A DNA stretch of 64,000 bases, taken from NCBI GenBank assembly GCA_014905635.1, contig JABVCE010000018.1, positions 1 to 64,000 on the forward strand, in the 5' to 3' direction. The position numbers and the translations under genes were made by a program. A model generated the notes under the pieces. The model was not told the origin of the DNA. It was given only the letters and a program-made list of their open reading frames with translations, and ran no database searches. This DNA comes from Scenedesmus sp. PABB004 (lineage: Eukaryota). This document shows positions 35,134-47,104 of the stretch, one piece after another; positions within the stretch are counted from its first letter, which is position 1; every line of letters starts with the position of its first letter.

Positions 35134-36402
35134 TCAGCCCTCGTCGACCTTGACCGGCACCAGCAGGCGCACGGGCAGCCGCAGGATGCGGGCCAGCTCC
35201 GCCTGCACCGGCGCGGCGACATAGTCCTGGATGACCTCGCCGCGCCGGCCCACCACGATGGACCGCACGCGCCGGCTGCGCACGCTCACGGTCACCACGA
35301 TGGCCAGCCCGCCGCCGGGGTCGTCCCGCACCGACGTCGCCGCCACGTCCAGCGCGTAGGGCAGCTCCTGGTTGAGGCGCCGGTACAGCCGCTCCCGCAC
35401 CAGCTCCACCGCCAGCTCGCCCGGCGTCGCGCCGTGGGACTGCCCCGGCGGCAGCAGCCAGCGCCCCGGCGCCGCGCGCCGCAGCAGGTGGCGGCGCAGC
35501 GGCGCGACGCCCTCGCCCAGCATCGCGGCGCCCGCAAAGGTGCGCTCGAACGGCGCGATGCCGCGCAGCTGCGCGCCCAGGCGCTCGCAGACCAGGCGCG
35601 CCAGGTCGGGCGGGAGCTTGTCGGCCTTGTTCAAAAACAGCACCGCCGACGGGGGCCGCGCCCAGTCGCCGCCCGGCAGCACGCCCGCGGGCGGCCCCGC
35701 CGCCAGCTGCGCGGCGAGCTTGAGCAGCGCGGGCTCCTGCAGCCGGAACTGCGCGCGGCGACGCGTGGTGGCGGCGGCGGCCGAGCGCGGTGGGTGCAAG
35801 CGGGGCGCCGCCGCGCCGGCCGCGCCGCGCCGCCGCCGCGCCTGGCGCTCCGCGTCGACGATGAACAGCAGCTGGTGCGCCATCGCGGCGGTCGCCCACG
35901 CGCTGCGCAGGCGCTCGAGCGGGCTGCCGGCGGCGTGGCGGTCGATGAGGCCGGGCGTGTCGTAGAGCAGCACCTGCGCGTCGCCCTCCGTGAACGCGCC
36001 GAGCTGCGGGCTCACGGTCGTGTTGCGCTTGCTCGACACGCCGCTGACCTTGGCGCGCGTGAGCCGGTTCACCAGCGTCGACTTGCCTGCGCGCCGGCGC
36101 GCGCCGGCGCCGTCGGCAGCGGGCGCGGCGGGCGGCGCCGCGGAGGCGGCAGCGGCGCGGCACAGGCGGCGGCGCGCGCGCCGGTCGTCGCCAGGCGGGC
36201 GGGCTTCGCCGCTCGTGAGCTGCCCACCTGCGTTGGGAAGGCCCACGACGGCGACCACAGACAGGCGCTGCTCGCTCTCTGGAGGCACGCTCGGCGGCGC
36301 GGCAGCAGCAGCGGCAGCGGCACCGGCGCCATCGCCAGCCGCGCTGCAGAGGGCTCGCCAGCCCGCGGCGCCTCCCAGGCGCGCGATGCGGATGGCGAGC
36401 AT
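35134..36402 (-). CDS. era: Era-like GTPase, probably organellar, with 2 in-frame introns
   Basis: VVGLPNA-GKSTL, SSKRNTT, DTPG and NKAD motifs, and a KH region with QELPY. Confidence 0.9.
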   Translation of the reverse strand: MLAIRIARLGGAAGWRALCSAAGDGAGAAAAAAAAPPSVPPESEQRLSVVAVVGLPNAGGQLTSGEARPPGDDRRARRRLCRAAAASAAPPAAPAADGAGARRRAGKSTLVNRLTRAKVSGVSSKRNTTVSPQLGAFTEGDAQVLLYDTPGLIDRHAAGSPLERLRSAWATAAMAHQLLFIVDAERQARRRRGAAGAAAPRLHPPRSAAAATTRRRAQFRLQEPALLKLAAQLAAGPPAGVLPGGDWARPPSAVLFLNKADKLPPDLARLVCERLGAQLRGIAPFERTFAGAAMLGEGVAPLRRHLLRRAAPGRWLLPPGQSHGATPGELAVELVRERLYRRLNQELPYALDVAATSVRDDPGGGLAIVVTVSVRSRRVRSIVVGRRGEVIQDYVAAPVQAELARILRLPVRLLVPVKVDEG

Positions 36403-36833
36403 TCCATGGGCTGCTGCACGCGCGCTGCTGCAGCGCCAGCCGCGCGCGGCGAGGGGGAGACGGCGGCGGGAACGGCGGCGGCGCCTGCGCCTTGCGCTTG
36501 CGGGCCCCCCGTGGCGGGGCGGCTGCTTGATCCGCCTGGCCGGCGCAGCTCCATGTTACAGGCCGCCCGCGCCGGGGCTCCGCCGCCGCTGTGCCCCGCC
36601 GCCCGTGCTGACCAGCGCGATCCTTGCGCGGCACCCACGCACGCACACGACAATCAGTGGCTGCCTACCTAGCGCACCTAACTCAGCCTCGGTCGATGCG
36701 TGCAACGCCCTGCCGGCCTACTTTGCAGCAAGCGGCCCCCTCTGTGCTGGCCCCGTGCTGCGCGCCCCCACGTCAGCCCTGCTCTTCAGGTCGCAGGCCC
36801 CCACCCCCAGCCGCCCCTGCCGCGCCGCCCCGC

Positions 36834-39800
36834 TCAGCCCAGCAGGCCCTTGAACAGGCCGCCCTTCTTCTTGCGCCCGCCGCCGCCCGCCTCGTCGCCC
36901 TCCAGCAGCGTGGGCGACGTGAGGTCGGGCATGCGCCGCAGGTCGACCGCCGCCGCGCCCCCGGCGCCGCCGCTGTCGGCGCTGCTGCCCGGCGCGCGCG
37001 CGCCGAGCGCCACCGCCGGCGGCGGCGCCGCGGGGAGCGCGCCGACGCTGACCGCCTTGACCGCGTACGGCCCGCCGCCGCCCGCGGCGGCGCTGCGGCG
37101 CAGCGCGGCCTGCGCGTCGCGCATGCGCTCCCTGAACTGCCGGTTCCAGGCCTCGTACTTTTGGCGCAGGCGGTCGAGCTCGAGCTGGACCTGCATGTCG
37201 GGCGCGTCCGCGTCGCCGGAGAGCACCTCGGTGATGAACGCGGCGTCGTCGTCAAACAGCGGCGCCTTGGCGCCCCAGTCGGCCGCGAGGCCCGACACCG
37301 CGGCCGACCCGCGCGGGCTGCCGCCGGCGCCGGGCTTGCGCGGCCCGGCGGCGACGCGGGCAGCGGCAGGTGCGGCAGCCCGCCCGCGTGGCCGGGCATC
37401 TTGGCGCGCAGCGAGTCGATGTACTCCTTGAGCAGCTTGACCTGCCCCATCCACTCCACCGCCTGCTGCTCCAGCTGCTTCGCGTACTTGCTGCGCGCCG
37501 CCTTCTCCGCCTCGAGCTGCGCCGTCAGCGCCGCGACCGCGGCGCCGTCGCCCGGCGCGTCGCCCGGGCCGGCGCCGCGGCCCGCGGCCGCGTGGCCGGC
37601 GGCGAGGCCGCCGCGGCTCGCGGCGAGCACCGCCGCGAGGTCGCCCGGGTCGCCGAGGCCCTCGTCGCGCGCGACGCCCGCGAGCGTGACCGCGGCGTGG
37701 AGGTCCTCCGGGTCCAGGATGCCCTCCTCGCGCACCGCGCTGTACATGGCCACCGCGAGGCGCAGCTCGCCCGCGCTGGTGATGCCGTCCTCGCGCAGCA
37801 CGCCGTACAGCGCGGCCGCGGCCATGAAGTCGCGCTTGTCGGCGATGCCGTGCGCGCCCGCGGCGGCGTACATGGAGCACGCGCGGCGCGCGGCGCGCGG
37901 GTCAAACGCGTGCCCGTCCTTGCGCAGGTGCCGGAACGTGCTCAGCGCGACCGCGAGCTCGGTCGGGTCGGTCACGCCCTGCGCGACCGCGACGCTCCCC
38001 AGCGCCGCCGCCTCGCCGTCGGCGGCGGCGGCGGCGGCGCCGGGCTCGCCGCGCGCGGCCGCGCCGCCGCTCGCGACCGCCGCGGCGGTCGCGGCCGCGG
38101 CGGCCGACGCGAGCGCCGCGTGCAGGCCGGCCGCGTCGGCGATGCCCTCGTCCTCCGCGGCCGCCTGCAGGCGCAGCGCGGCGGAGACCTGCTCCGCCGA
38201 CACGTGCCCCGCGCCCTCCTGCACCGCCGACGACAGCGCGAGCGCCTCGGCCACGACCTCGGGGCTCGCCGCGCCCGCCGCGGCGGCCGCGAGCTTGAGC
38301 GCGTGCCCCAGCGCGCCCGCGCTCGCCACGCCCGCGGCGGCCGCCGCCTCGCCGAGCTGCAGCGCCTCGCGCAGCCGCGCCGGCTCGGGCGCGCCGCCGA
38401 GCTGCTGCCGCGCGACGCCTGCGAGCGCCAGGCTCTGCTGCAGCGGCGCGAGCTCGCACGACCCGAGCTGCTCCTGCACCGCCTTGGCCGCCGCCAGCGC
38501 CTCGCGCAGCCGCGCCTCGCTGCACGCGAGCCCCAGCTCCGCCTGCACCACCGCCGCCGTGCTCAGCGCCTCGCCGACCTGCTCCGGCGGCACGTCGCCC
38601 AGCTGCCGCTGCACCGCCGCCGCCGCGCCCAGCGCCGCGGCGACCCGGCCCGCGTCGGCGTCGCCGAGCTGCTGCTGCACCGCCGCCGCGTTGGCGAGCG
38701 CGCCGCGCAGCGCCGCCTCGCTGAAGTCGGCGCCCAGCGCCTCGCGGACGGCCGCCGTGGTCGACAGCGCCGCCGCGACCTCGTCGCCGCGTGCGCCCTT
38801 GGCGGCCGCGCCCACGCTCAGCGCGGCCGCCACCGCCGCGGCGTCGCAGCTGCCCAGCGCCTGCTCGCACGCCCGCCCCGCCGCGAGCGTCGCCGCCACG
38901 GCCGCGGGGTCGGCGCTGCCGAGCGCCTGCCGGCACGCCTCGCCCGCCGCGAGCGCGGCCGCGACGTCGCCCGGCGCCGCGCCGCTCCCCAGCGCGCCCG
39001 TCGCGGCGCCCGCGAGCGCGAGCGCGCGGCTGAGCTCCTCCGCGTCCGGCGCGCGCCCGCCCGGCGCCGCCGCGCGCGCGGCGGCGAGCAGGCGCAGCGC
39101 CGCGCGCAGCTCGTCGAGGTCGGCGGCGCCGAGCTCCGCCTTGAGCGTGCCGTACTGCGCCAGCGCGGCGCGCACCTCCTCCGGCTCGGTCACGCCGTAC
39201 TGCGCCTTCAGCGCCTCAAACGCCGCCTCGCGCTTGCGCGCCTCCTCCGCCGCCGCGCGCTCCGCCGCCTCGCGCGCCGTGCGCACCGCGACGCGCGCCG
39301 CGACGCGCTTGTTCAGCTGGCGCCGCCGCTCGGCGGCCTGCAGCACGCTGACCGCGCGCAGCTCGCGCTTGTACGCCGCGCGCGCGGCGGCGCCGCGCGC
39401 GTGGCGCTGGATGGTCAGCGCGGCCTTGTGCTGCGCGAGGTCGCGCGCGTAGCACAGCCGCGCGCCGCGCCCGCGCCAGCCCGACTGCAGCGCCAGCGCG
39501 GCGTTGCGCTGGCGGCGGTACGCGGAGCGCGCCCAGTGCATGCGCATGTACGCCTGCAGGCGCAGCGCGCTGCTGTGCATCTTGGCCCACGTGTCCTCCA
39601 CGTACCCCAGCACGCCTGCCGCGACGGGACGGGTGCGGGTGCGGGTGTGGGGCGGCGCGCGCGGGTCAGCCGGGCGCGCCACGCCGCGCGGCGCCGCGCG
39701 CTGCCCCTGCCCCGCCCGCCTCGTCCCCGCCGCCGCCGCGGGCCGCCTCCCTCCCTCCCTCGCGCGCGCACCGGGCTTGAAGAACACCTTGGTGCGCCCG

Positions 39801-42800
39801 AGCTCGTAGTGCCCGCGCGGCACGCGGAACGTGCCGAGCAGCTGCACCACCGACGCGACCGCGTCGCCGCCGCGCGCCGCGAGGCCCTGCTGCTCCGGCG
39901 GCAGCAGCACCTCGTAGCGCGCGACAAAGTCGGCGTGGCGGTAGCGCGTGGGGAAGCCGGCGCGCGACACGCGCGCGACCTCGAGCACGCCGCAGCAGCG
40001 CAGCTGCTGCAGCACCAGGTCGCGCGTGAACGCGCCGGGCGCGAGGCTGGCGTTGGGCTTGATGCAGCGCACAAAGTGCAGCCCCGTCGCGTCCAGCATG
40101 GCCACGAGCTCGCGCAGCTGCTGCGTGAAGCGGCTCGACACCGTCTGCCCGCCGCGCTTGCCCTCCATCTCCTCCGCCTGCGCGCCGCCGATCGCCGACA
40201 CGAGCGGCGAGGCCGAGCTTTCCATCAGCTCCACCAGGTCTGGGCGTGGTGCGGCGCGGCGCGCGGCGCGCGGCGCGGCACGGCGGGTGGGCGGGGGCGC
40301 GGGGTGGGGCGCCAGCGCGCGGCGCCTGTGCGGCGGCCGCGCCGCGCCGCCGCGCCGCGCCGCCGGCCCTGCTCGCTCCCTCCGCCCGCGCCAGCCCCCC
40401 CCCCCCCCCCCGGTGCGTGCGTGTGCGCAGCGCGCTGGCGCGCAGCTGCGCAGCGCGCGTGCGCTGGCGCGCACCCGTGTTGAGCATGTCCTTGTTTTTG
40501 TCGAGGAAGCCGGCCACGTTGTAGGCGACGGGGCCGGCGTAGTGGGTGACGTAAAACTCCTCGGGCGTGCGCGGGTGCGTGCCAAAGTGGTCGTTGCCGT
40601 CAAGCGCGTCGCGCAGCGCGTGCATGAACGTCTCGTCGCTGCCTTTGGGGAAGCGGCACTGGCTGTCGAGCACCGCGAGCACGCCCAGCCCGCGCGGCGG
40701 CATCGCCTCGATCACGTCCACGCACGCCTGGTTGTCAACCCACTCCACCTGCGCGCCCCAGGCGCGGCGGCGGGCGTGGCGGCGGCCGCGTCAGGCGCGG
40801 GGCGGCCGCGTCAGGCGCGGCGGGCGCGGAGTGGGCGCGCGGAGCGGGGTGCGGGCGGCGGGGCGGGGCGCGCGCGCCTTGGTCCAGTCGATGCCCTCGC
40901 TCTCATACTCCTCCTGCTCCAGCGTGAAGAGGTGCCGCGTGAACTGCTGCTGCAGGCGCTCGTTGGCGTAGTTGATGCACAGCTGCTCAAAGCTGCGCGC
41001 GCGCGCGGCGGCGGCGCGGGCGCGGGCGGCGGCGCGGGCGCGCCTCAGCCCCCGCCGCCATGGCCGCGGCCGCTCGCTCGCGCCCGCGCCGCGGTCGCGC
41101 GCCGCCGCGCGCCGCGGGCGCGTCGCGCGCGCCTGTTTGTTGTGAACTGCTCAAAGCCGTAGATGTCGAGGATCGCGATGAACCGCCCGCTCGCCTTCTT
41201 GCCCATGTCGAGCTTGGCGTTGATCGCGGCGACGACCCAGTTGAAGACGCCGCTGTAGAGCGCCTTGGCCAGCGCGTCGCGCGCCTCGGCCGCCTCCTGC
41301 GCGGTGAGGGGCTTGACGATGAGCTCGTCCCGCGTCTTGATCTGCGCAGGGCGGCGGCGGCGCGCGAGGGGAGGAGGGGAGTGAGGGGACGGGGAGTGAG
41401 CGCAGGGGAGTGAGAAAGTGGCGGCGGCGCGGAGAGCGAGAGGCGAGGCGCGCGAGGGCCGCGGTGCGCCGGGCCGCGCCTTTTTGTGCGTGATGGCGTG
41501 CGCGAGGGCCTTGGCCTCCAGGCCGAGCAGCGCGGCGGCGTTGTTCAGCGCGGCGTCGGCCTTGACGCGGCTGCTGTCGTCGGCGTGCACCGCCTCGAGG
41601 CGCAGGTTGCCGAGCCAGAGGATGCCCGAGAGCGTGGCGAGGAGGCGCTGCAGCTCGTCGGGGGTGAGCCCGATGTCGGTCAGCGCGGCGCAGACCTCAC
41701 GGAAGTTGGCCGCGTCGTCGATGCCGTCGATGTCCTGCGCGCGCGCGTGTGTGTGTGTGTGTGTGTGGTGAGTGTGTGAGGGTGGGAGGGGAGGGGAGCA
41801 GGCGACCAGGCGCCCCTGCCCCGACGGCGCGCGGCGCGCGCGCGCCGCCCGCGCCCCCGCGCGCGTGCGCACCGTGCAGCCGCTCTTGGAGAGGTAGGCA
41901 AAGTCTGTCGGCTTGGCGGGCAGGCGCAGCGCCTCGCGCGCCGCCTTGTCGCGCGTGCCGCGCACGAGCTGGTAGAAGATGTGGTAGCTGCGCTCGCCCT
42001 TGAGCTGCCGCACCTGGGGGGTTGGGTGGGGGAGGTGGTTTAGCTTTCAAGGGCGGGGGAGCTGAGGCGAGGGGCGCGCGCGCTGCTGCTGCCCGCCGCC
42101 GCGCTGCCGCACCACGCGGCTCTTCTCCAGCAGGTAGGTGCGGATGCGCGCGCCGCAGATGTGGTTGGTCTTGTTGAAGTGGATCTCGATCAGCTTGCCA
42201 AAGCGGCTGCTGTTGTGGTTGCGCAGCGTCTTGGCGTTGCCAAACGCCTCCAGGATGGGGTTGGTCTGCGCGCGACGCGCGCGCCGCGGCGGCGCTCGGC
42301 GTGCGGGCGGCGGCGCCGCCCCCGCCGCCCCTGCCGCCGCTGCTGGCTCGTGCCGCTGCTGCCACTGCTGCCGCCGCCGCTGCTGCCGATGCTGCCGCTG
42401 CCGCTGCCGCCGCCCGCCAGCTCCCCGGCCGCGCCCGCGTCGGCGGCCGCCGTCGCCTCACCTCAAGCACCTGCCCCTCCACGCCCGTGCCGCCCGCGAG
42501 CGCGGCGAAGAACTGCATCGCCTTCTTGGTCGTCTCGGTCTTGCCCGCGCCGCTCTCGCCGTTGATGACGAGCGACTGGCTGCTGCCCTGGCGCACCATG
42601 TCGCGGAACGCCGCGCCCGCGACGAGGTAGATGTGCGGCGCGAGCTGGTTCACCGCCTCAAACGCGCCCGCTGCGGCGCGCGGCGGGCGGCGCGGAGCAG
42701 CCGGGGCGGCCGTCGGCCGCCGCGCCGGCCCGGCCGCCGCCCCGCTGCGGGCGGCGGCAGCAGCTGCTCGGCGCGGCGGCAGTGCGCCCACGCACCCTTG

Positions 42801-43171
42801 TACGCGTCTGCGACGTCGTCTGTGTAGAGGGGCAGGTTCCTGCAAGGGTTGACTGCGATGAGCACGGGGCCGGCGTTGGTGTAGATGTTGTCGCCGGCGT
42901 AGCGGCGGGCCAGGTTCTCCAGGATGCTCGGCTCGTTGAGGTACGAGAGCTGCGTGAGGTCCGCGATCGCGGCCTGCAGCTCGGGGTTGGCCGGCGCGAG
43001 CGCGGCGGGGTCGACGCCGTCGATCGCCTTGCCGGGCGCGCCGGTCAGCAGGCTCACGCCCAGCCGCCCGTCGCCGCCCGTGTCCCGGATCTCCGCGAGC
43101 AGCCATGTCGCAGCGTCGGCTCGGTACCACACGCGCGAGCCCTTCTGCAGGGCCAGCACGCCGTCGTCCAT
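36834..43171 (-). CDS. Myosin, class VIII-like: SH3-like N-terminus, motor, 3-4 IQ motifs, long repeat tail and class VIII C-terminal domain; about 10 exons
   Basis: PANP...[57 protein letters not shown] and QLRCCGVLE. The C-terminal [11 protein letters not shown]...[12 protein letters not shown] resembles plant myosin VIII. Apparent frameshift near 37340. Confidence 0.92.
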
Positions 43172-43918
43172 CGCGGCCGCCGGCGGCGCGCGGCGCACGC
43201 TGCTGCTGCCGCCTGCGGCGCCGTTGCCTGCGGCGCGGCGGCGCGCGCGCGGCGGCGGCGCCCGCCGCCGGGAGCGCGTAGGTCAGCGGGCGCGAGCGGA
43301 GGCCGGGCCCGCCAGCCGCGGGGCGGGCGGAGGGCGCGGGAGTGCGCGGTGGCCGGGCCCGAGGAGGTTGGCGCTGTCGCGGGCGCTGCCGGCCCCGTGC
43401 CGCGCCAGAGACGGCCCTGGCGCTGCCCCCGCTGCGGTGCAGCTGCGACTGGCGCGCGAGGGGGCTTCCGCCGGTGGCGCAGGCCCGCCCTTGCGCGCAT
43501 CCTACCTCCTCGCGGATGTGCGGCGCTGCGCTGCTCCTCACGCGACGCGCATCGTCGCGTCGCACGCTGCGCTTGCTCCCGACTGCTGGACGGGGCTCCG
43601 CGCGCGTGCTGCCGGTCGGGCCAGTGCCGTGCGAGCTCGCCGCTGCTGCAGGCCTGGCGCGGAGCAAGCGAGCGGAGCGCTGGGCCGACGGAGGCGAGCT
43701 GCGACGAGCCACCGCACCGAGGCTCGCCGGCCACCCGCTCAACTGCCTGCTGCTGCGTCCAGCGCGGCGATCAGGGCCGCTGGGCCCGTCAATTTCCCCG
43801 GCCGCCAGCCCACGACCACGCAGCTGGCCGACCGCCGACGGGACGCATCACCACCGCACTCGCGCGCGCGCGCGGCGGCGCCGGCAGCAGCAGCGGCCGC
43901 GGCCTGTGTGCTGCCGGC

Positions 43919-45154
43919 ATGGCGGCGGAGCAGGAAGCAGTGCGCGCCTTTGTGCGCGTGGCGGCGAGCTCCGCCGAGTGCGGCAGCAGCGGCAGCAGTG
44001 GCAGCGACGCGGGTGCGCCGGGCGCCGCAGTGCGCAGCGGCCGCCCCGCCCGCGCCCGCGCTCACGCCGCCCGCGCCCGCCGCCGCAGGCTGCCCGGTGC
44101 AGGGGGCTGCTCAGGCCAGCAGCAGCGGCAGCAGCGGCAGCAGCGGCAGCAGCAGCGGCAGCCCCTTCTTCTGGGGCAGCGGCGGCGGCGGCGGCGCCGC
44201 CGCCGCTGCCCCGGCGGCGTGCGCCGCGTCGGCGGAGCACGCGTCGCGCATCAACATGCCCCTCCCCGCCAACGCGCCCGCGCCGGCACAGGGCGCGGCG
44301 CTGGACACGGCGCGGCAGCGGTCCAGCATCCCGATCGCCGCCGCGACGCCGCCGGCGCACCAGGCGCCGCAGCAAGGCGACCCCGGCGGCGACACGTGGC
44401 TCTACCCCTCGCAGCAGCAGTTCTTCAATGCCATGCGGCGCAAGGTGCGTGCTCCCGCACCCACACCCGCGCCAGGCAGCAGGGCAAGCCGCGGGCGCTG
44501 CGCGCGGCCGCCGGCGCCGTCGGCGCGCCCGCTCGCCGCGAGCCCCGCCGCCGCGCCCGCGCCCGCGCCTGCCGCCGCGCAGGGCTGGGATCCGCAGGAG
44601 CGCGACATGGAGCGCGTGGTGGCGATCCACAACACTGTGAACGAGCGCGCGTGGCAGCACGTGCTCGCGTGGGAGGCGCTGCACGCGTGCGACTGCGCCG
44701 AGCCGCGGCTCAAGCGCTTCCAGGGCAAGCCCAACGAGTTCAGCCCCAAGGCGCGCCTCCTCAACCTGCTGGTGCGGCGCGGCGGGCGGCGCGGCGGGCG
44801 GCACAGCAGCGGGCGGCGTGGCGGGCGGCGCAGCAGCGGGCGGCGCGGCGGGCGGCGCAGCGGCGGGCGGCGCAGCGGCCGCAACGACGGCAGCGGCCCC
44901 GCCCACGCGCCGCCGGGGCGCGCCGCGCCGCGCAGGGCTTCAAGCTGCCGTTTGACCGCCACGACTGGGTGGTCGACCGGTGCGGGCGGGAGGTGCGGTA
45001 CGTGATTGACTTTTACAGCGGCCCGCCCCAGCCGGGCGCGCCGGCGTCGATGCACCTTGACGTGCGCCCCGCGCTGGACTCGCCGCAAGCGCTGGCGGAC
45101 CGGCTGAGAATGCAGTTTGACTGGGTGCTCAGTGGGCGCTGGCGCCGGGAGTGA
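43919..45154 (+). CDS. HCCS: Holocytochrome c synthase (cytochrome c heme lyase), 4 exons
   Basis: GCPV heme-regulatory motif, [55 protein letters not shown] and LDVRPALDS. Confidence 0.96.
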   Translation: MAAEQEAVRAFVRVAASSAECGSSGSSGSDAGAPGAAVRSGRPARARAHAARARRRRLPGAGGCSGQQQRQQRQQRQQQRQPLLLGQRRRRRRRRRCPGGVRRVGGARVAHQHAPPRQRARAGTGRGAGHGAAAVQHPDRRRDAAGAPGAAARRPRRRHVALPLAAAVLQCHAAQGACSRTHTRARQQGKPRALRAAAGAVGAPARREPRRRARARACRRAGLGSAGARHGARGGDPQHCERARVAARARVGGAARVRLRRAAAQALPGQAQRVQPQGAPPQPAGAARRAARRAAQQRAAWRAAQQRAARRAAQRRAAQRPQRRQRPRPRAAGARRAAQGFKLPFDRHDWVVDRCGREVRYVIDFYSGPPQPGAPASMHLDVRPALDSPQALADRLRMQFDWVLSGRWRRE

Positions 45155-45652
45155 GTGAGGTTGCTGGACGCGCTCGCGCGCCGGCGAGCCTTTGCAATCA
45201 AGACAAAACGAATCACACACGCAGACGGGATCACACTGCGCACGCCGACAAGCAGCAGCCAGAACTTGCCCCGCCCCCCTCGCCTGTCTGTCTGTCAAGC
45301 GCCGTCGCAGCGCGCGTGGGCTTTTTCGTGTGTTGTGCGCGCTGGGCGCGCGCGTGCACATCTACACCGTCGTCCTGCGAATACCCCAGCAGTGCGCGCG
45401 CAGCGGCGCAGCGCCTCAAACGGCAGTAGGGGCTGGAGCCCCGCGCCAGCTGCGGCACGAATCTCATAGTACTAGGCGGAGCGCCGGTGCCTCCATGTAC
45501 ACGACGGCCGGCCGCAGCGGGGTGCGCTGCGGGGCCGTCCAAAACCCGCGGCGCATACTGAATCCTGCCATTGGCCCCCGGAGCCGACGTTGTTCTTCGC
45601 ACCGGCCACGCGGCTGGGCTTGCGTCCGAGGCGGCCAGAGTGCGCGCAGCGC

Positions 45653-46751
45653 TCAGTTGAGCAGCGAGCGCTCCACGGCGTGTGCGTGGTGCTGCCCCCA
45701 CACCACCTGCAGGTCCACCGAGCACATGAAGCCATCGCGGTCGGCTAGCAGGCGGGCGCGCTGCTCGGGGCCGCAGCACACGAGCGTGCGGTGCAGCCGC
45801 TCCGCGACGCCGGCCATGTCGGCCGCCATGCCGGGGACGGCGCGCTGCGCCGCGGCCAGGAAGCTCGCGCGCGTGGCGGCCGGCCCACGCGGCGGCGGGG
45901 TGGCGGCCACGCCGTCGGCCTCGAGCTTGTGCAGCGCCTTGAGGCCCAGCTGCGCGCGCGCGCGCATGCGCGCGGGCGGGCAGGCTCAGGCGGCTGGCCC
46001 GGCGACGCGCGAGCCTGGCGCGCCACGCGCCCCCGGTCTGCGCCCCGCCCGCCGCGCCGACTCACCAGCACCACCTGCAGGACCTGCACATAGGACGGGC
46101 TCCCCAGGTCGCAGCCGTGCACCCCTGCGCGCGAGCAGCGAGACGGGTCAAGGGACGGCGCCTGCGGCGGGCGTCTGGCGCAGCCGCAGCGCGCAGCGTG
46201 CAGCGCGCAGCGCGGCGCCGCGACGTGCCCGAGTCCTGCAGCGCCTGCAGCGCCGCCGCGGGCACGTCGCGCTCGCGGCCGGCGCGCATGAAGTTGCAGG
46301 CCTGCACAACGCGCGGCGCGAGGTCACGCGGGCGCGCCGCGATGCACGCGCCCAGCAGGCGCTCGCCGTCCGCGAGGCGCTGCTCCTCCGGCGGGCCGGC
46401 AAAGGTCGCGCACTCCGCCTTCTGCGCGCAGCACGGCAGCCGCAGCCGCGGCGGCGGCGCACGGGATCGGATCGGCGGCGGCGGCGCGCAGCCGCGGCAC
46501 CGCGCGCAGCAGCGGAGCAGCGCAGCAGTTGCGCTGCGGCGCGCGCCCCGCGCAGGGCCGCGCAGGCGCCGCACTTGGAGGAGGGAGGCGTACTGGTCAA
46601 GGCGTGCCTGGGAGGCCGCCTGGGAGGCCGCCTGCCGCGCCCGGGGCGCCGCGCCCAGGCCCGGGAGTGGCCAGGCTAGCTGCGGAAGCCGCAGCGCGGG
46701 CAGGAAGCGCGCCACGACGCCGCCTCGCGCAGGAGGCGAGCGCCGCATCAT
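45653..46751 (-). CDS. Hypothetical protein, 4 exons
   Basis: Phase-consistent splicing (GT, GC, GT donors) gives a continuous ORF ending ...DRDGFMCSVDLQVVWGQHHAHAVERSLLN*. No family recognised. Confidence 0.55.
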
Positions 46752-47104
46752 CGTGCTGGGCCTCGCCTCGCTGCACGCGCCTGCCCCTGCCCAGCGAGCG
46801 CGCCGGGAAGGTCGCGATGCGGCGGCTCGCCCCCGCAGATGCGGCCCACGGGCGCGTCTCCGACGGGCGCGGGCGGGTCCAGTGATGCGAGCGGGTCAGC
46901 GGGCGTGCGGCGGGGAAACGGGGACATGAGACGCGGCGGCGCCCGGCGGAGCGCCGGACGCCTCCGGGGCTTCCCAGGCGCGGCGGCGGCGTTCATTCGC
47001 TCGCCGACGAACAGGCTCGCACGCACGCCCAACCTCCACCGCACGAGCACGACCTCGGCAGCGCACACAGCCCTCGGCGTCGGCAGCGGCGGCAGCGGCT
47101 CGCG

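Noticed and set aside
37320..37400. Frame change before the myosin VIII C-terminal domain
   Set aside because: Both sides look conserved. An assembly indel or a small unrecognised intron is more likely than recoding, and it cannot be resolved without reads.
44772..44880. Short GGCGGCGCAGC-type tandem repeats in HCCS intron 3, and similar repeats in other introns
   Set aside because: Low-complexity slippage. Introns do not share extended sequence, so there is no evidence for introner elements.
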